This document shows, piece after piece, positions 36,899-46,444 of a DNA stretch of 64,000 nt. The stretch is from an uncultured Eubacteriales bacterium (GTDB taxonomy: Bacteria; Bacillota; Clostridia; Oscillospirales; Ruminococcaceae), in contig OMXI01000004.1 in assembly GCA_900314975.1 (NCBI GenBank), forward strand, positions 5,125 to 69,124, in the 5' to 3' direction. Position 1 is the first letter of the stretch. Each line of letters begins with the position of its first letter. The translations under genes and the position numbers were made by a program. Under the pieces are notes generated by a model. It searched no databases. It saw only the letters and a program-made list of their open reading frames with translations, and was not told where the DNA came from.

Positions 36899-37246
36899 AT
36901 GGATATAGACCAACGACTTGATAAGCTTAAAGCGCTCGGCTGCGACGTCGACGGCGCACTTGAAAGGTTTCTGGGCGACAAGCAGCTGTACCTTACCTGC
37001 TTTGACGACCTGCTTGCCGACGAGTGCTTTGATAAGCTCGGCGCAGCACTTGAGCAGCGCGACAGCAAAAGCGCGTTTCAGTGGGCGCATAAGCTCAAAG
37101 GCGTGTGTGCAAATATGGGTATGACACCCGTCCTCAATGACTGCGTAAAGCTTGTCGAGCCGCTGCGCACAGGAGAGGTCTCACCCGATATGCCGCCTAT
37201 TTATAAGAGTATGCAGGGCTTTATGAACCAGATAAAGCAAATCTGA
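36899..37246 (+). CDS. Hpt (histidine phosphotransfer) domain protein
   Basis: 115 aa, with the HKLKGVCANMGM phospho-His motif. AAGGAG RBS, 17 nt downstream of the c-di-GMP gene. Confidence 0.75.
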   Translation: MDIDQRLDKLKALGCDVDGALERFLGDKQLYLTCFDDLLADECFDKLGAALEQRDSKSAFQWAHKLKGVCANMGMTPVLNDCVKLVEPLRTGEVSPDMPPIYKSMQGFMNQIKQI

Positions 37247-37257
37247 ACACGATCCGC

Positions 37258-37290
37258 AGACCGCCGTTTTGACCACGGCGGTCTTTTTGT
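37258..37290 (+). terminator. Rho-independent terminator
   Basis: AGACCGCCGT-tttgacc-ACGGCGGTCT is a perfect 10-bp stem followed by TTTTTG. Confidence 0.75.
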
Positions 37291-37355
37291 GCGTCCAACC
37301 TGCTCGGCACATCAAAAATAATTACAAATTGTTTAATTTTTTTGAGGGAAAACTA

Positions 37356-37384
37356 TTGTACTTTAAAAAAATATATGCTATAAT
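37356..37384 (+). promoter_or_regulatory. Sigma-A type promoter of cdaA-cdaR
   Basis: TTGTAC (37356-37361), a 17-nt spacer, then TGc-TATAAT (37379-37384). This gives a ~125-nt leader. Confidence 0.5.
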
Positions 37385-37513
37385 ATAGTGTGTCTATAAA
37401 TTTAAGTCGAAAACGCAGAAAAAATTGTGAAAATTTTCGTTACCATTTTGTAACTTTTCACGCCGTAGTTTTCTGGCGCATCAAATGACTGCAAAGTGAG
37501 GTGAACAGATAAG

Positions 37514-38392
37514 ATGGAGACCATAAAAAGCGTGCTTTATTCAATATGGGGCGTGTTCAAAACTATCGGTCTTAACGATATAGTCGATATCATGATACTG
37601 TCCTATCTGTTCTTCCATATAATGAAGCTTATCCGCGAAACCAGAGCCTTGCAGCTTGCCAAGGGCATATTGCTGCTCGTCGGCAGCTATCTCTTTGCAG
37701 TCGTGTTCAATCTGCAAACACTCAAATTCCTGCTGAAGATATGCTTCCAATGGGGATTTGTCGCACTGATAATCCTGTTCCAGCCTGAACTTCGGCGAAT
37801 GCTCGAACGAGTCGGACGCTCCAAGATAGCCGATATCGCGCTGTTCAAGCCAAGTGATGACGAGCAGGACGCAGAGCATATCAGAAGCGCAATACGCGCC
37901 GTGTGTGATGCCTCAATGAAGCTTTCAAGCACCAGAACAGGCGCACTTATCATCTTTGAAAGAAAGACCAAGCTCGGCGAGCAGATAGCAACGGGTACGC
38001 TGCTTGACTGCGTTCCGTCAGCCGCAATGCTTGGCAACATCTTTGTTCCCAATACCCCTTTGCACGACGGCGCAGTAATAATCCGTGACGGCAAAATACT
38101 TGCAGCAGGGTGCTTCCTGCCAAAGCCTGCAAAGGAGGAGCTTATAAACAAACAGCTTGGTTCGCGCCACCGCGCAGCTATCGGTATGAGTGAGAACTCC
38201 GATGCCATAGTTATCGTAGTGTCGGAGGAAACAGGTACCATTTCCGTAGCGGAAAACGGCGAGCTTACAAGAGGCTATGTCGAGGATACCCTCAAAAAGC
38301 TCTTGTATAACCGCCTGCTTCCCGACAGGACCGCTGATTCCACAAAGGAAAATTCTCTTGCGGGGAGGGTGATGTCAAAATGGAAGAAATAA
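37514..38392 (+). CDS. cdaA: Diadenylate cyclase CdaA (DisA_N/DAC domain, three N-terminal TM segments)
   Basis: GALIIFE, TPLHDGAVIIRDGKILAAGCFLP, LGSRHRAAIGMSE.SDA..IVVSEETG.IS. Confidence 0.9.
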   Translation: METIKSVLYSIWGVFKTIGLNDIVDIMILSYLFFHIMKLIRETRALQLAKGILLLVGSYLFAVVFNLQTLKFLLKICFQWGFVALIILFQPELRRMLERVGRSKIADIALFKPSDDEQDAEHIRSAIRAVCDASMKLSSTRTGALIIFERKTKLGEQIATGTLLDCVPSAAMLGNIFVPNTPLHDGAVIIRDGKILAAGCFLPKPAKEELINKQLGSRHRAAIGMSENSDAIVIVVSEETGTISVAENGELTRGYVEDTLKKLLYNRLLPDRTADSTKENSLAGRVMSKWKK

Positions 38393-39711
38393 ACAATGAT
38401 TATACCCCCAAGCCAAGACAGCCCCGTAAAAAGCCTGTGAAGAAACAGCACGGCGCTGACTTTGCGCTGCGCATAATCGCAGTGATAGCCGCAATAATCG
38501 TGTGGTTTATACTTTCCATAACGCAGTACCCGACCATAAACAGAACCATAAACAAAGTGCCCGTCAACCTCTCGCTTGAAAATACGATAGCAAAGGAAAA
38601 AGGTCTTTCCGCACTCAATTTCAAGAACCCCACCGTAGATGTCGAGATAAAGGGCATGAACTACGAAATAGGCAACTATAAGGCGAGCGACCTCACCGCA
38701 ACGATAGATGTCAGCAAGGTCACAAAAGAAGGACAGTATGTGCTTGATATAGATGTCAAGTCCAACCACCCGTCCGATAGCTGTACTATCGTCTCGGTAA
38801 GCCCAAGCACAATAGCTGTCGAGTTTGACAGAATAACCCAGAAGAGCTTTCCGCTTGAGGTGGAATCGCCTTCGATAAGCGCTGCAGACGGCTTTTCATT
38901 GAGCGATGCCACGGTAAATCCCGATAAGATAACGCTCAACGGACCCGTAAACAGCCTTGCGAAAATAAACAGAGCCGTTGCAAAGGTGAACTCTACCGCA
39001 AAGCTGTCGGAGGACAAAAGCATCAAGGCTGACGAAATAATCCTGTATGACTCGGATAATAACGTCATCACCGATTCATCTATAACTTGGGACGAAAACC
39101 AGACGTTTACCGCCAGCTTTATAGTCTATAAGAAAAAGACACTCAAACTCAAGCTCGACGTTACCGGCGCACCCGAAAACTTTGACGTATCGAGTCTGCC
39201 GATAACATATTCCCAGCAGGAGATAACCATAAACACTCCGAATTTGAGCGATAAGGATTCCGAGACAATAATCATCGGCACAGTACCGCTTTCGCAGCTG
39301 CGTCTTGGCTGGGAGCAGACGTTTGATATACCGCTCTCCGCAGGCGAGGTAAACCTCAGCGGCGAGAGCAAGGTAACGGTGGCTATCGATTCGCAGAACT
39401 ATGTGACCAATATCTATAGGGTAAGCCAGATAATCACCAAGAATAAGCCCGAGGGCAAGCAGGTGGAGATAGAGACCAAATCGCTGCCCGCCGTGACCAT
39501 AATCGGTCCTGAATCGGATATGGACAGTCTCAAGGAAAACGACCTCGTCGCATCGGTAGACCTTTCCGATATCTCCAAGGACGGCACATATTCAAAGACC
39601 GCGACCATAAGTATTTCTGGTCACAGCAAAATATGGTGCTTCGGTACAAACGAGGTGCAGGTAGCCGTTTCGGAAAAAACCGCCGTGACAACGACCTCAA
39701 GGTCAGATTAA
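38380..39711 (+). CDS. cdaR: CdaR (YbbR-domain) regulator of CdaA
   Basis: N-terminal TM segment followed by repeated YbbR-like beta-rich modules. The start overlaps the cdaA 3' end by 13 nt, the canonical cdaA-cdaR pairing. Confidence 0.8.
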   Translation: MEEINNDYTPKPRQPRKKPVKKQHGADFALRIIAVIAAIIVWFILSITQYPTINRTINKVPVNLSLENTIAKEKGLSALNFKNPTVDVEIKGMNYEIGNYKASDLTATIDVSKVTKEGQYVLDIDVKSNHPSDSCTIVSVSPSTIAVEFDRITQKSFPLEVESPSISAADGFSLSDATVNPDKITLNGPVNSLAKINRAVAKVNSTAKLSEDKSIKADEIILYDSDNNVITDSSITWDENQTFTASFIVYKKKTLKLKLDVTGAPENFDVSSLPITYSQQEITINTPNLSDKDSETIIIGTVPLSQLRLGWEQTFDIPLSAGEVNLSGESKVTVAIDSQNYVTNIYRVSQIITKNKPEGKQVEIETKSLPAVTIIGPESDMDSLKENDLVASVDLSDISKDGTYSKTATISISGHSKIWCFGTNEVQVAVSEKTAVTTTSRSD

Positions 39712-39796
39712 ATCAACCCGATAAAATGCAAAACAGCCATACAGAGAGCAGCTTTCTGTATGGCTGTTGCTTAAATCACCCTTTTTGGAGGTAACA

Positions 39797-41377
39797 ATGC
39801 CTTTAATAGTAAACCGGATAAATGCCGCACTTTTGCAGTCCCACGAAAGCATAGTGCAAAAGGCAGTAAAATCACTGCGCATAAGCCCAAGCCTCGTGCA
39901 GACCGCGCAGATACACAAAATATCTCTCGATGCACGCAAGCAGGATAATATCCACTACGTCTGCTCGGTGTTCGTCAGACTTACCGATGCAGCGCTTGAA
40001 AAAAAGCTGTGCGAGAAAAACAAAAGCCTCACTTATGCCGCACCTGCGCACTTTGCACCAGTCATCTCGGGCGAAAAAGCAGACGGCAGAGTTATCGTCA
40101 CGGGCTTTGGACCTGCGGGAATGTTCTGCGCACTCGCACTCGCAGAGCAGGGCTATAAGCCGATAGTTCTTGAACGCGGCGAGGACGTGGAAAAGCGCAC
40201 GCAGACCGTCCAAAGCTTCTGGAAAGGCGGCAGCCTCAACGAAAACTCCAACGTCCAGTTCGGAGAGGGCGGCGCAGGTACGTTCTCCGACGGCAAGCTC
40301 ACTACGCGCATCAACGACCCGCTTTGCAGCTATGTCCTTGAAAGATTCGTTGAATTCGGCGCACCGCAGGAGATATGCACAAAAGCAAAGCCGCACATAG
40401 GCACCGATAATCTGCGCCGAATCGTTAAAGCGATAAGGCAGCGTATTATCAGCCTCGGCGGCGAGGTCAGATTTGAAACACAGCTTGACGGACTTGAAAT
40501 ATCGGGCGGCAGCGTGAAAAGTGTGCATACCACCCGCGGAGAAGAAAAAGCCGCAGCGCTCGTCCTTGCGCTCGGTCACTCCGCAAGGGATACCTTTGAA
40601 ATGCTCGCGCGTGGCGGCGTTTTTATGCAGCCCAAAGCGTTCTCTGTCGGCGCGCGTATCGAGCATCTCCAGTCAGATGTTGAAAAAAGCCTTTACGGCA
40701 GCCACGCAGGCGACCCTGCTTTGCCAAAAGGCGAGTATAATTTAAGCTATCGCGAAAACGGACGCGGAGTGTATACCTTCTGTATGTGTCCCGGCGGAAC
40801 TGTCGTGCCAGCGGCTTCCGAGCAGGGCGGCACAGTCACCAACGGCATGAGCGAGTTCGCAAGAGACGGCAAAAACGCCAACGCAGCGCTTGTCGTCGGC
40901 GTTACCCCCGAGGATTTCGGCTCGGGCGTGCTTGCAGGTGTGGACTTTGCACGCACTATAGAGCGCAATGCATACGCCCTCACAGGCTCGTTTAAAGCAC
41001 CGGGTACTACCGTGCGCGGCTTTTTGAACGGCAAGCCAGACCTTGATACAAAGCTTGTACCCACATACAGCCTCGGTCTTATGCCGTGCGATTTTACAAA
41101 GATTTTCCCCCGCAAAGTCACCGATATGATGACCGCAGGGCTTGCGGATTTCACGCGTAAAATGGCTTGCTTCGGCAGCGAGGACGCGCTCCTTACCGCC
41201 CCCGAAACGCGTACAAGCTCACCCGTGCGTATCACCCGCAGCGAAAACCTTACCGCACTTGGCATATCAAATCTCTATCCCTGCGGCGAGGGCGCAGGCT
41301 ATGCAGGCGGCATAATGTCAGCCGCCGTAGACGGACTCAAAACCGCCCTGCAAATAATGTCAGTCATCGCCCCGTAG
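39797..41377 (+). CDS. NAD(P)/FAD-dependent oxidoreductase (COG2509-like)
   Basis: GGAGG RBS and ATG 39797 (MPLIVNR). Dinucleotide-binding VIVTGFGPAGMFCAL..A..G and the C-terminal LYPCGEGAGYAGGI motif. Confidence 0.75.
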   Translation: MPLIVNRINAALLQSHESIVQKAVKSLRISPSLVQTAQIHKISLDARKQDNIHYVCSVFVRLTDAALEKKLCEKNKSLTYAAPAHFAPVISGEKADGRVIVTGFGPAGMFCALALAEQGYKPIVLERGEDVEKRTQTVQSFWKGGSLNENSNVQFGEGGAGTFSDGKLTTRINDPLCSYVLERFVEFGAPQEICTKAKPHIGTDNLRRIVKAIRQRIISLGGEVRFETQLDGLEISGGSVKSVHTTRGEEKAAALVLALGHSARDTFEMLARGGVFMQPKAFSVGARIEHLQSDVEKSLYGSHAGDPALPKGEYNLSYRENGRGVYTFCMCPGGTVVPAASEQGGTVTNGMSEFARDGKNANAALVVGVTPEDFGSGVLAGVDFARTIERNAYALTGSFKAPGTTVRGFLNGKPDLDTKLVPTYSLGLMPCDFTKIFPRKVTDMMTAGLADFTRKMACFGSEDALLTAPETRTSSPVRITRSENLTALGISNLYPCGEGAGYAGGIMSAAVDGLKTALQIMSVIAP

Positions 41378-41381
41378 AGCG

Positions 41382-41999
41382 TCATCCGTTTGGGAACAAA
41401 TACCCCGCAATAAACCGCCTGTCATCAATAAGCTCGCGCATATCGCGGTAAACGCGCGCCCTTGTGTCACCGTTGTATCGGTTGTAAACACTCACCTCGC
41501 CGCTTTGCCTGTCAAGTGTGTATGCCACCGTGTGCAGTCCCGATGAAAACTTGTTGAACGGATGCTTTGAGTAGGTGTTTATCCAAAAGCCCACAATACC
41601 GAAAGCCGAGCGCGACGCGTTATCGTAAAAGTGCTGCCTGTCGGTGTAGTATTCGTACCCCACACCGTGCGCATCAAAGTATCTGCGCAGCTTTTTCGGG
41701 TCAGAGCCGAACAGCGCAGAGTCCAGCAGAAATGCCAGCTTGTTCACCTCAAATTCGCAAATCAGCTGCGCAAGGTCCTGCGGCATATGCAAAAGCTGCA
41801 TAACGTTGTACACCGCGATTATCTCGCAACCGCAGTGGTGCATATCGTATTTGCCGTAGCGCATCGAGCATACAGGCTCGTGCTCCTGCCCCTGCAAAAG
41901 TCCGCCGCCCAGCTTTGTACATAGCGTTTTGTTGTGTTCAAAGTTCTGCGCCGCGCGTGATGAAGCGCCCTGCGAGAAAACCTTCCACCTGCAAAGCAT
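41382..41999 (-). CDS. Hypothetical protein, possible papain-like (Cys/His) fold
   Basis: GGGAGG RBS. Candidate catalytic pair HHCGCEIIAVYN (Cys) and SGLHTVAY (His). The assignment is speculative. Confidence 0.5.
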   Translation of the reverse strand: MLCRWKVFSQGASSRAAQNFEHNKTLCTKLGGGLLQGQEHEPVCSMRYGKYDMHHCGCEIIAVYNVMQLLHMPQDLAQLICEFEVNKLAFLLDSALFGSDPKKLRRYFDAHGVGYEYYTDRQHFYDNASRSAFGIVGFWINTYSKHPFNKFSSGLHTVAYTLDRQSGEVSVYNRYNGDTRARVYRDMRELIDDRRFIAGYLFPNG

Positions 42000-42094
42000 A
42001 AGCTGTCACCTCCCGTTTTTTGTCAAAAAGAGTATACCACAAACAAGACAGATTGTAAAGTAGCCGCCTTGTGAAAAAAGATGAATAAAAACTA

Positions 42095-42123
42095 TTGCAT
42101 TGTTACAAAAAATATGATACAAT
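42095..42123 (+). promoter_or_regulatory. Sigma-A type promoter (extended -10)
   Basis: TTGCAT (42095-42100), a 17-nt spacer, then TGa-TACAAT (42118-42123). It lies inside the track's 5'-extended ORF. Confidence 0.45.
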
Positions 42124-42173
42124 GTGTACAAGGTTTTATTATCACAAAAAATAAAAAAGGAGTGGAAAACCAA

Positions 42174-42743
42174 ATGAGTATTTTTGACAACCTTAAAAAC
42201 GCAGCAGGCGGTATTGCAGGCGCAGTATCCAATATCGGAAAGGAAACAGGTCCGAAGACTATCACCTTTGAAAGACTTCCCGAGAGCGTTGAGGAAATGA
42301 AGGCTCTGCCGCAGGGACAGCTCAAGTCTGTTTACGACACCGCAGCTCTTGTAGTGTGCGCACTTTGTGCATACGCAGCAGCACCGCAGATAGGCATTGA
42401 TATGCTCAACTTCCTCAAAGGGCCGCAGCCGCTTTCACCTCACGAGATCCAGTTCCTGCGCGACCGTATGGAAGGCAAGCCATATAAGCCATTCTCGTTC
42501 TTCCACGGCGCAACCCCCGATAACGACTACACACCGACTCAGCCGTATACCATTACTATCGAGACCAACCCTTACACCTATCAGAACGAGGGCTATGCAA
42601 CAATGCATATCCGTTCGGGCGGAGCAGACAGCCTCCGTCAGGTACAGCTCAGGCAGCAGGGTTCGACAGGTCAGTGGTTCCTCTGGGAGAATTTCCTGCT
42701 TTCAGATATCCGTGAGCCGAAATCCCAGAACCCCTGGGCATAA
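42174..42743 (+). CDS. Hypothetical protein (189 aa)
   Basis: AAGGAG RBS and ATG 42174 (MSIFDNLKNAAGG). No family that I can name. Confidence 0.6.
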   Translation: MSIFDNLKNAAGGIAGAVSNIGKETGPKTITFERLPESVEEMKALPQGQLKSVYDTAALVVCALCAYAAAPQIGIDMLNFLKGPQPLSPHEIQFLRDRMEGKPYKPFSFFHGATPDNDYTPTQPYTITIETNPYTYQNEGYATMHIRSGGADSLRQVQLRQQGSTGQWFLWENFLLSDIREPKSQNPWA

Positions 42744-42756
42744 TTTCACAAATGAC

Positions 42757-42792
42757 AAAGCTCGCAGGCATTTTGGCTTGCGAGCTTTTTTA
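42757..42792 (+). terminator. Rho-independent terminator
   Basis: AAAGCTCGCAGGC-attttg-GCTTGCGAGCTTT is followed by a T run. Confidence 0.7.
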
Positions 42793-42807
42793 CACTTTAT
42801 TTTAAAT

Positions 42808-43223
42808 ATAAATCAGAATTTACAGGTCTGCTCAATCTTTTTAAACCTGCCAAGGACAAAACAGGTTTTTTCGCCCAGCCTTTTTCTCGTAAAAAAAGGC
42901 TGGCGGGTCGAGGGCAGAGCCCTCGCCGCCGTCCGCAGACGGTGGAACGCCCCTGACGCTTCGCGCGCTCCGCAAGGGGTGAATTTCAAAGCAGTCCAGC
43001 GGACTGTTTTGAAAGAGGGGACGCCCTGCAAGAGAGGGCGTGCCCCTACGGAGAATACACTCACCATTTTTCCTCAATCCGCCTGCAAAAAGGCGGATTG
43101 AATAGCAAAGTCGTTTCTTTGTTTTGGGGGCTTTCCGCTCGCCCCCAGAGCGTTCGCTTGCGAACGGTTTGCCACATTCGGGTGCATATCTTATAATGTG
43201 GAATAATCTAAATTCTGATTTAT
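42808..43223. repeat. 416-bp non-coding multi-palindrome element bounded by perfect 15-bp terminal inverted repeats (MITE/REP-BIME-like)
   Basis: ATAAATCAGAATTTA (42808-42822) pairs with its exact reverse complement TAAATTCTGATTTAT (43209-43223). The interior is G+C-rich with at least 8 independent short hairpins, for example CAATCCGCCT-gcaaaa-AGGCGGATTG, TTCAAAGCAGTCC-agc-GGACTGTTTTGAA, CCAGCCTTTTT-ctcgt-AAAAAGGCTGG, CGAGGGC-aga-GCCCTCG and CCGTC-cgca-GACGG. Confidence 0.6.
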
Positions 43224-45640
43224 TCTACAACAAGTTCTCTTGTTTCTACTTTCTTTATCTTGCGTGAAGCGATAAGTGCAAACACGAAGAATCCTACTAT
43301 CAATACTGCCATTGGAATTATGATGTCAAGCGGCTTTGTTTCGAGGTCAAGGTAGCAAATACCTATCGCACGCAACAAAAGCGACATCATCTTCTGCGTA
43401 AACAGCGCCGAAAGAGCAAATCCAATCAGCGAGCCAAGCAGTGCCACAAACGAGAACCGAAGTGCGAACGACAGCCGCAGCCGCGCCGATGTAAAGCCTA
43501 TCGCCTTGTATATGCCAATGTCACGCCTTTCAAGCACGAACGCCTTTGTGCAAAGCAGTACCACCGCAATCAGCATAAACACGCCCGAAAAGCTGTAAAT
43601 TATCCCTTTGAGCAGATTTATCTCGCTCTCGTACATCTCGTCGCCCTCGCTGTCGATGTCCCAATATGTGCACGAGCCTTTCTGTTCGCCTTTGCCGTTA
43701 ACCAGCGCCTTGTCTATCTCGTCTGCTATCTGCTGCGCCTTGGACTCGTCCTTGATAACGAAGCCTTCATAGCGTATCTTGAAATCAGGGCTGAGAGTTT
43801 CAAATGCATCAAACGGGATAGCAAATACCATTCCTGCGTCGTTCATCGACTGATAGATGCCCGATACGATACATTCAAGCTCGCCCTTTCTGCCAGCAAC
43901 TGTGACCTTGTCGCCTATCTTCCAGCCGAACTCGTCACTGACAAGCTGGGTAATAAGTATCTCGTTTTTCTGCCTTGGTTTTCTGCCCTTGATAACACCA
44001 CCGATGTATTCGGGGTACTTGTATGCACGGCAGAATATCTTGTAGCCGTTGATAGAGCAGTAGCTGCCTCTGACTGCATATCTCTTTTCTATCGTGGTGT
44101 ATTTGTTGATTATATCTTCTGCAATCTTTTCAGCCTCGTCTAAGCTTAAAAGGTCTTCGCCTGCATTGTTGAGGCTCATATCAAGCTGCGTAACCTCCAT
44201 GCCCATCATTTCAAGCGCGTTGCGCGAGGTCACAAGGCTTGCGATAAGGTTTATCGAAACCATAAAGAACATAAGCAGCGAGGAGATTATCAGCATACTG
44301 ATGTAGCGGCGCTTTGCCGAGGTGAACTGCCTTACTGCGAGCGTGAGCGAAAGCGCTCTCTTGCTCAAGCCCACTTTCAGCCTGCTGTCAAAGTATACCT
44401 CGTCCTTTTGCCCCGTGATAGCCTTTACAGGCGATATCTTTGTGACCTTGTGAGTCTTGACCGTCATTACCAGCAGCGAAACGCCGATAAGTGCGATTAT
44501 CACAAGCACAGCCTTTAAAATGCTGACCTTGATCTCAACGGGTGTTCCCACGCTCTCAACGAACACATCTGCGATAACTCCCGAAAGGAAGAACGCACCC
44601 ACAAGACCGAGGATAACGCCAATTATCATAGCGATTATATACTGTATCTCCATTACGAGCTTTATCTTGCGCGTGGTAAAGCCCTGCGATTTGAGTATGC
44701 CGAGTTTTTTGCGGTCTATCTCAATCTCGCTTGAAATGCTGTGTCCCATAATGACCAGCGCCACCACGAACAGCACCACGATAAACGCCAGCACTATCTT
44801 TAAAAGCACATCAGGCAGCAGGGCAGAGTAGTTGACCGACTGCGCCTTTGTAAGAGTGCCGCCCGACAGGTCACCCAGCTTTGTTGCAAGGTTCACATCT
44901 CTCTGAAACTGCGCATCGCTGCCCTTGTAGCTGTCTGCCTTGAATACGTGGAAGATCTTGTACTCGCAGCCATTGTGCACAGCCTCGTCATTTTTGTATT
45001 TCGGATCGGTTTTCGTTTCGGCGGAGAACCTTGCCAGCTCGTCAAAATCCTCGTCAGAAATGAATGCCTGCTTCCAGCCCATCTGCGAAGAGCCGTTCTG
45101 CGGCTCCTGGACAAAGCCTTTTATCTTGAACTCGTACTTTGTGTAGTAAAAGCAGGTCTCAAGCGTGTCGCCGATTTTGCAGTGCAGCTTTTCCCTGCAC
45201 CCCAGCGGCAGATATACCTCGCCCTTTTCAAGCGCAGGTATTTCATCCTCCAAGCCCGAAATATCGGAGTTTATCAGCCTGATGCCGTCGTGCAGCTTCA
45301 TATAAAAATAGCTGTTGCCGTCGTTTGAATTTCCGACTCTGTTTGATATGTCATTGTTGTACCAGTTGTCAAATGCGTCGTACACATCGAGCTTTTTGAC
45401 TATGTCAAGGCTGCGCACCTTTTCTTCAAGCTCGGGCGTGTAGTAGTTGTTGAAAACAAAGCACATCTCGGTCGGATCGCCTATGTTCTTGAAAGAGTTC
45501 TCAAGCGCCTTATCCTTGCTGTCAAGAAAGTTGAAGATAGACAGCGACGATGAAACGATTATCGCCGTAAGCAGTATAACTGCGATGAATGCGCCCTTGC
45601 GCCTTTTGATGTTCGCCTTTACAAGTGTGAATATCTCCAT
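43220..45640 (-). CDS. FtsX-family ABC transporter permease (BceB/MacB-like, 10-TM type, 806 aa)
   Basis: Two FtsX-type TM bundles separated by a large extracellular domain. It follows the cognate ATPase gene after a 9-nt gap. Confidence 0.8.
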   Translation of the reverse strand: MEIFTLVKANIKRRKGAFIAVILLTAIIVSSSLSIFNFLDSKDKALENSFKNIGDPTEMCFVFNNYYTPELEEKVRSLDIVKKLDVYDAFDNWYNNDISNRVGNSNDGNSYFYMKLHDGIRLINSDISGLEDEIPALEKGEVYLPLGCREKLHCKIGDTLETCFYYTKYEFKIKGFVQEPQNGSSQMGWKQAFISDEDFDELARFSAETKTDPKYKNDEAVHNGCEYKIFHVFKADSYKGSDAQFQRDVNLATKLGDLSGGTLTKAQSVNYSALLPDVLLKIVLAFIVVLFVVALVIMGHSISSEIEIDRKKLGILKSQGFTTRKIKLVMEIQYIIAMIIGVILGLVGAFFLSGVIADVFVESVGTPVEIKVSILKAVLVIIALIGVSLLVMTVKTHKVTKISPVKAITGQKDEVYFDSRLKVGLSKRALSLTLAVRQFTSAKRRYISMLIISSLLMFFMVSINLIASLVTSRNALEMMGMEVTQLDMSLNNAGEDLLSLDEAEKIAEDIINKYTTIEKRYAVRGSYCSINGYKIFCRAYKYPEYIGGVIKGRKPRQKNEILITQLVSDEFGWKIGDKVTVAGRKGELECIVSGIYQSMNDAGMVFAIPFDAFETLSPDFKIRYEGFVIKDESKAQQIADEIDKALVNGKGEQKGSCTYWDIDSEGDEMYESEINLLKGIIYSFSGVFMLIAVVLLCTKAFVLERRDIGIYKAIGFTSARLRLSFALRFSFVALLGSLIGFALSALFTQKMMSLLLRAIGICYLDLETKPLDIIIPMAVLIVGFFVFALIASRKIKKVETRELVVE

Positions 45641-45649
45641 ACTCTCACC

Positions 45650-46411
45650 TCACCATTCAAGTGATGTGAGCCAAGCATTTATCTGTGCCTCGCGGCTCTT
45701 GATGTCCTGCTCCTTGTACGGCGCAAGCGTTATATCGCCAAGTATCTTGCCGTCTGAAAGGTACAGTATCCTGTTTGCCCTTGCAGCCGCACGCACGTCG
45801 TGCGTTACCATAAGAATACTCTGACCGTCACGGTTCAGCTCTGTCAGCAGGTCAAGCACATCTGCCGTGTTCTTTCTGTTCAGCGCACCTGTCGGCTCGT
45901 CTGCGAATATCAGCTTTGGCTTGTTGACCACAGCCCTTGCGATAGCGCAGCGCTGCTGTTCACCGCCCGATACCTGTGAGGGCAGGTGAGTCTTGATGTG
46001 CGAAATGCTCATCTTTTCAAGCAGTTCATCTACGCGCTTGTCGGTTTCCTTTGCAGATACCGACTTGTTCAGATACCCCGTAACAGCAACGTTTTCAAAT
46101 ATAGTCAGATTGCTCACAAGGTGCATCTGCTGAAACACAAAGCCAAAATCCGTGTGGCGCAGCTGCGCAAGCTTTTTCTCTTTGAGTGCGGCAATGTCCA
46201 TACCCTCGTACATAACGCTGCCGCTTGTCGCCCTGTCCATTCCGCTGAGTGCGTACAGCAGCGTTGATTTGCCGCTGCCCGATGCACCCATGATAACCGT
46301 GAAATCGCCCTCAAAAAGCTCCATATCCACGTTTGAGATTATGTGCAGCTGTCCGCCGTTGTGTGCAAAGCTCTTGCACAAGCCCTTTGCAGTAAGTATC
46401 GCCTTGTTCAT
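45650..46411 (-). CDS. ABC transporter ATP-binding protein (BceA/MacB-type)
   Basis: Walker [11 protein letters not shown]-loop, signature VSGGEQQR, Walker [14 protein letters not shown]-loop VTHD. Confidence 0.9.
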   Translation of the reverse strand: MNKAILTAKGLCKSFAHNGGQLHIISNVDMELFEGDFTVIMGASGSGKSTLLYALSGMDRATSGSVMYEGMDIAALKEKKLAQLRHTDFGFVFQQMHLVSNLTIFENVAVTGYLNKSVSAKETDKRVDELLEKMSISHIKTHLPSQVSGGEQQRCAIARAVVNKPKLIFADEPTGALNRKNTADVLDLLTELNRDGQSILMVTHDVRAAARANRILYLSDGKILGDITLAPYKEQDIKSREAQINAWLTSLEW

Positions 46412-46444
46412 AATGTATCCTCCCCGAATCCCTTTCGTTTGTTC

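Noticed and set aside
39872-40666. 264-aa minus-strand ORF
   Set aside because: It is antisense to the FAD oxidoreductase gene, which has a clear GxGxxG motif and RBS on the plus strand.
42397-43101. 234-aa plus-strand ORF, plus minus-strand ORFs at 42813-43067 and 42841-43077
   Set aside because: The first is out of frame with the supported 42174-42743 gene, passes through its terminator and then reads the palindromic element. The 'proteins' are translations of hairpin repeats (R/P/A/G-rich).
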